From: Candidatus Harrisonbacteria bacterium | GTDB taxonomy: Bacteria; Patescibacteriota; Minisyncoccia; UBA6257; WO2-44-18 | Length of the DNA: 64,000 bases | Assembly (NCBI GenBank): GCA_016182295.1 | Contig: JACOXP010000006.1 | Span: 9,298 to 73,297 of the forward strand | Reading direction: 5' to 3' | Shown: positions 63,903 to 64,000 of the stretch, one piece after another | How positions within the stretch are numbered: position 1 is the stretch's first letter | Layout: every line of letters starts with the position of its first letter | Notes under the pieces: model-generated | The model's database searches: none | What the model was told of the DNA's origin: nothing | The model's input: only the letters and a program-made list of their open reading frames with translations | Translations under genes and position numbers: made by a program

Positions 63903-64000
63903 ATGAAAGCGCGGATAGCCATAAATGGTTTTGGTCGTATCGGGCGGCTGTTTTTCAGGCAGGCCTATGGCCATAAAGGTTTGGATATAGTCGCTATCAA
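63903..64000 (+). CDS. gap: Glyceraldehyde-3-phosphate dehydrogenase, N-terminal fragment (continues beyond the window)
   Basis: MKARIAINGFGRIGRLFFRQA is the canonical GAPDH NAD-binding N-terminus; no stop before the window end. Confidence 0.75.
   Translation, partial: MKARIAINGFGRIGRLFFRQAYGHKGLDIVAI

Noticed and set aside
1-64000. CRISPR arrays, IS elements, integrases or rRNA genes
   Set aside because: No direct-repeat/spacer architecture, no transposase or integrase-like ORFs and no rRNA-like conserved segments were seen. The only repeats are the PT-linker tandem repeat and the palindromes reported above.

Overview
Most of this low-GC window (about 40% GC) is taken up by one very large, almost entirely co-directional glycan biosynthesis and decoration supercluster running from about 1.1 kb to 47.5 kb. 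The rest is housekeeping genes. Gene overlaps are tight and Shine-Dalgarno signals are scarce, a style that, together with the gene content, is compatible with a CPR/Patescibacteria-like or other small-genome bacterium. This lineage call is an inference only.

The cluster contains:
- Nonulosonic (sialic-like) acid genes: a CapD/PseB-like 4,6-dehydratase, a hydrolysing NeuC-like UDP-GlcNAc 2-epimerase, a CMP-ulosonate synthetase and a NeuB-like synthase.
- Several SDR-type NAD-dependent sugar epimerases/dehydratases.
- A split transketolase pair, a zinc-ribbon methyltransferase, a PhyH-like dioxygenase and a PLP decarboxylase.
- Four SAM methyltransferases, a sugar N-formyltransferase and two tandem CE4 polysaccharide deacetylases.
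- Three GT2 polyprenol-phosphate-sugar-synthase-like genes, each beside a large polytopic GT-C-like membrane protein.
- A family of three paralogous GT-B-like proteins carrying an HP motif, plus a fourth divergent GC-rich copy.
- Two carrier-protein modules. One is FkbH-like glyceryl loader, MaoC-like dehydratase, SDR reductase and ACP. The other is AcpS, a DltA-like adenylating enzyme and a carrier protein. Each is followed directly by a paralogous GNAT-like putative transferase.
- An embedded ECF sigma/anti-sigma pair.
- A Wzy_C-TPR ligase-like protein, a Wzx-like flippase and an initiating phosphoglycosyl transferase.

The most interesting hypothesis is a carrier-protein-dependent system that puts glyceryl-derived and aminoacyl-type acyl decorations on nonulosonic-acid-containing glycans, combined with lipid-linked GT-C transfer.

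Downstream of the cluster:
- DsbA-like protein, CCA-adding enzyme, tRNA-Pro(CGG) and a GalE-like epimerase.
- Tandem CPBP proteases.
- A promoter/terminator-bounded 63-aa zinc-ribbon gene.
- An NrdH-TrxB pair with an odd 5' duplication and GC-rich palindromic insert.
- A PaaX-like regulator flanked by a 38-bp perfect palindrome.
- A 1066-aa secreted nuclease/PLC-like protein with lamin-tail domains and a Pro-Thr linker.
- Cyclophilin, SpoU methyltransferase, DUF192 and the start of GAPDH.
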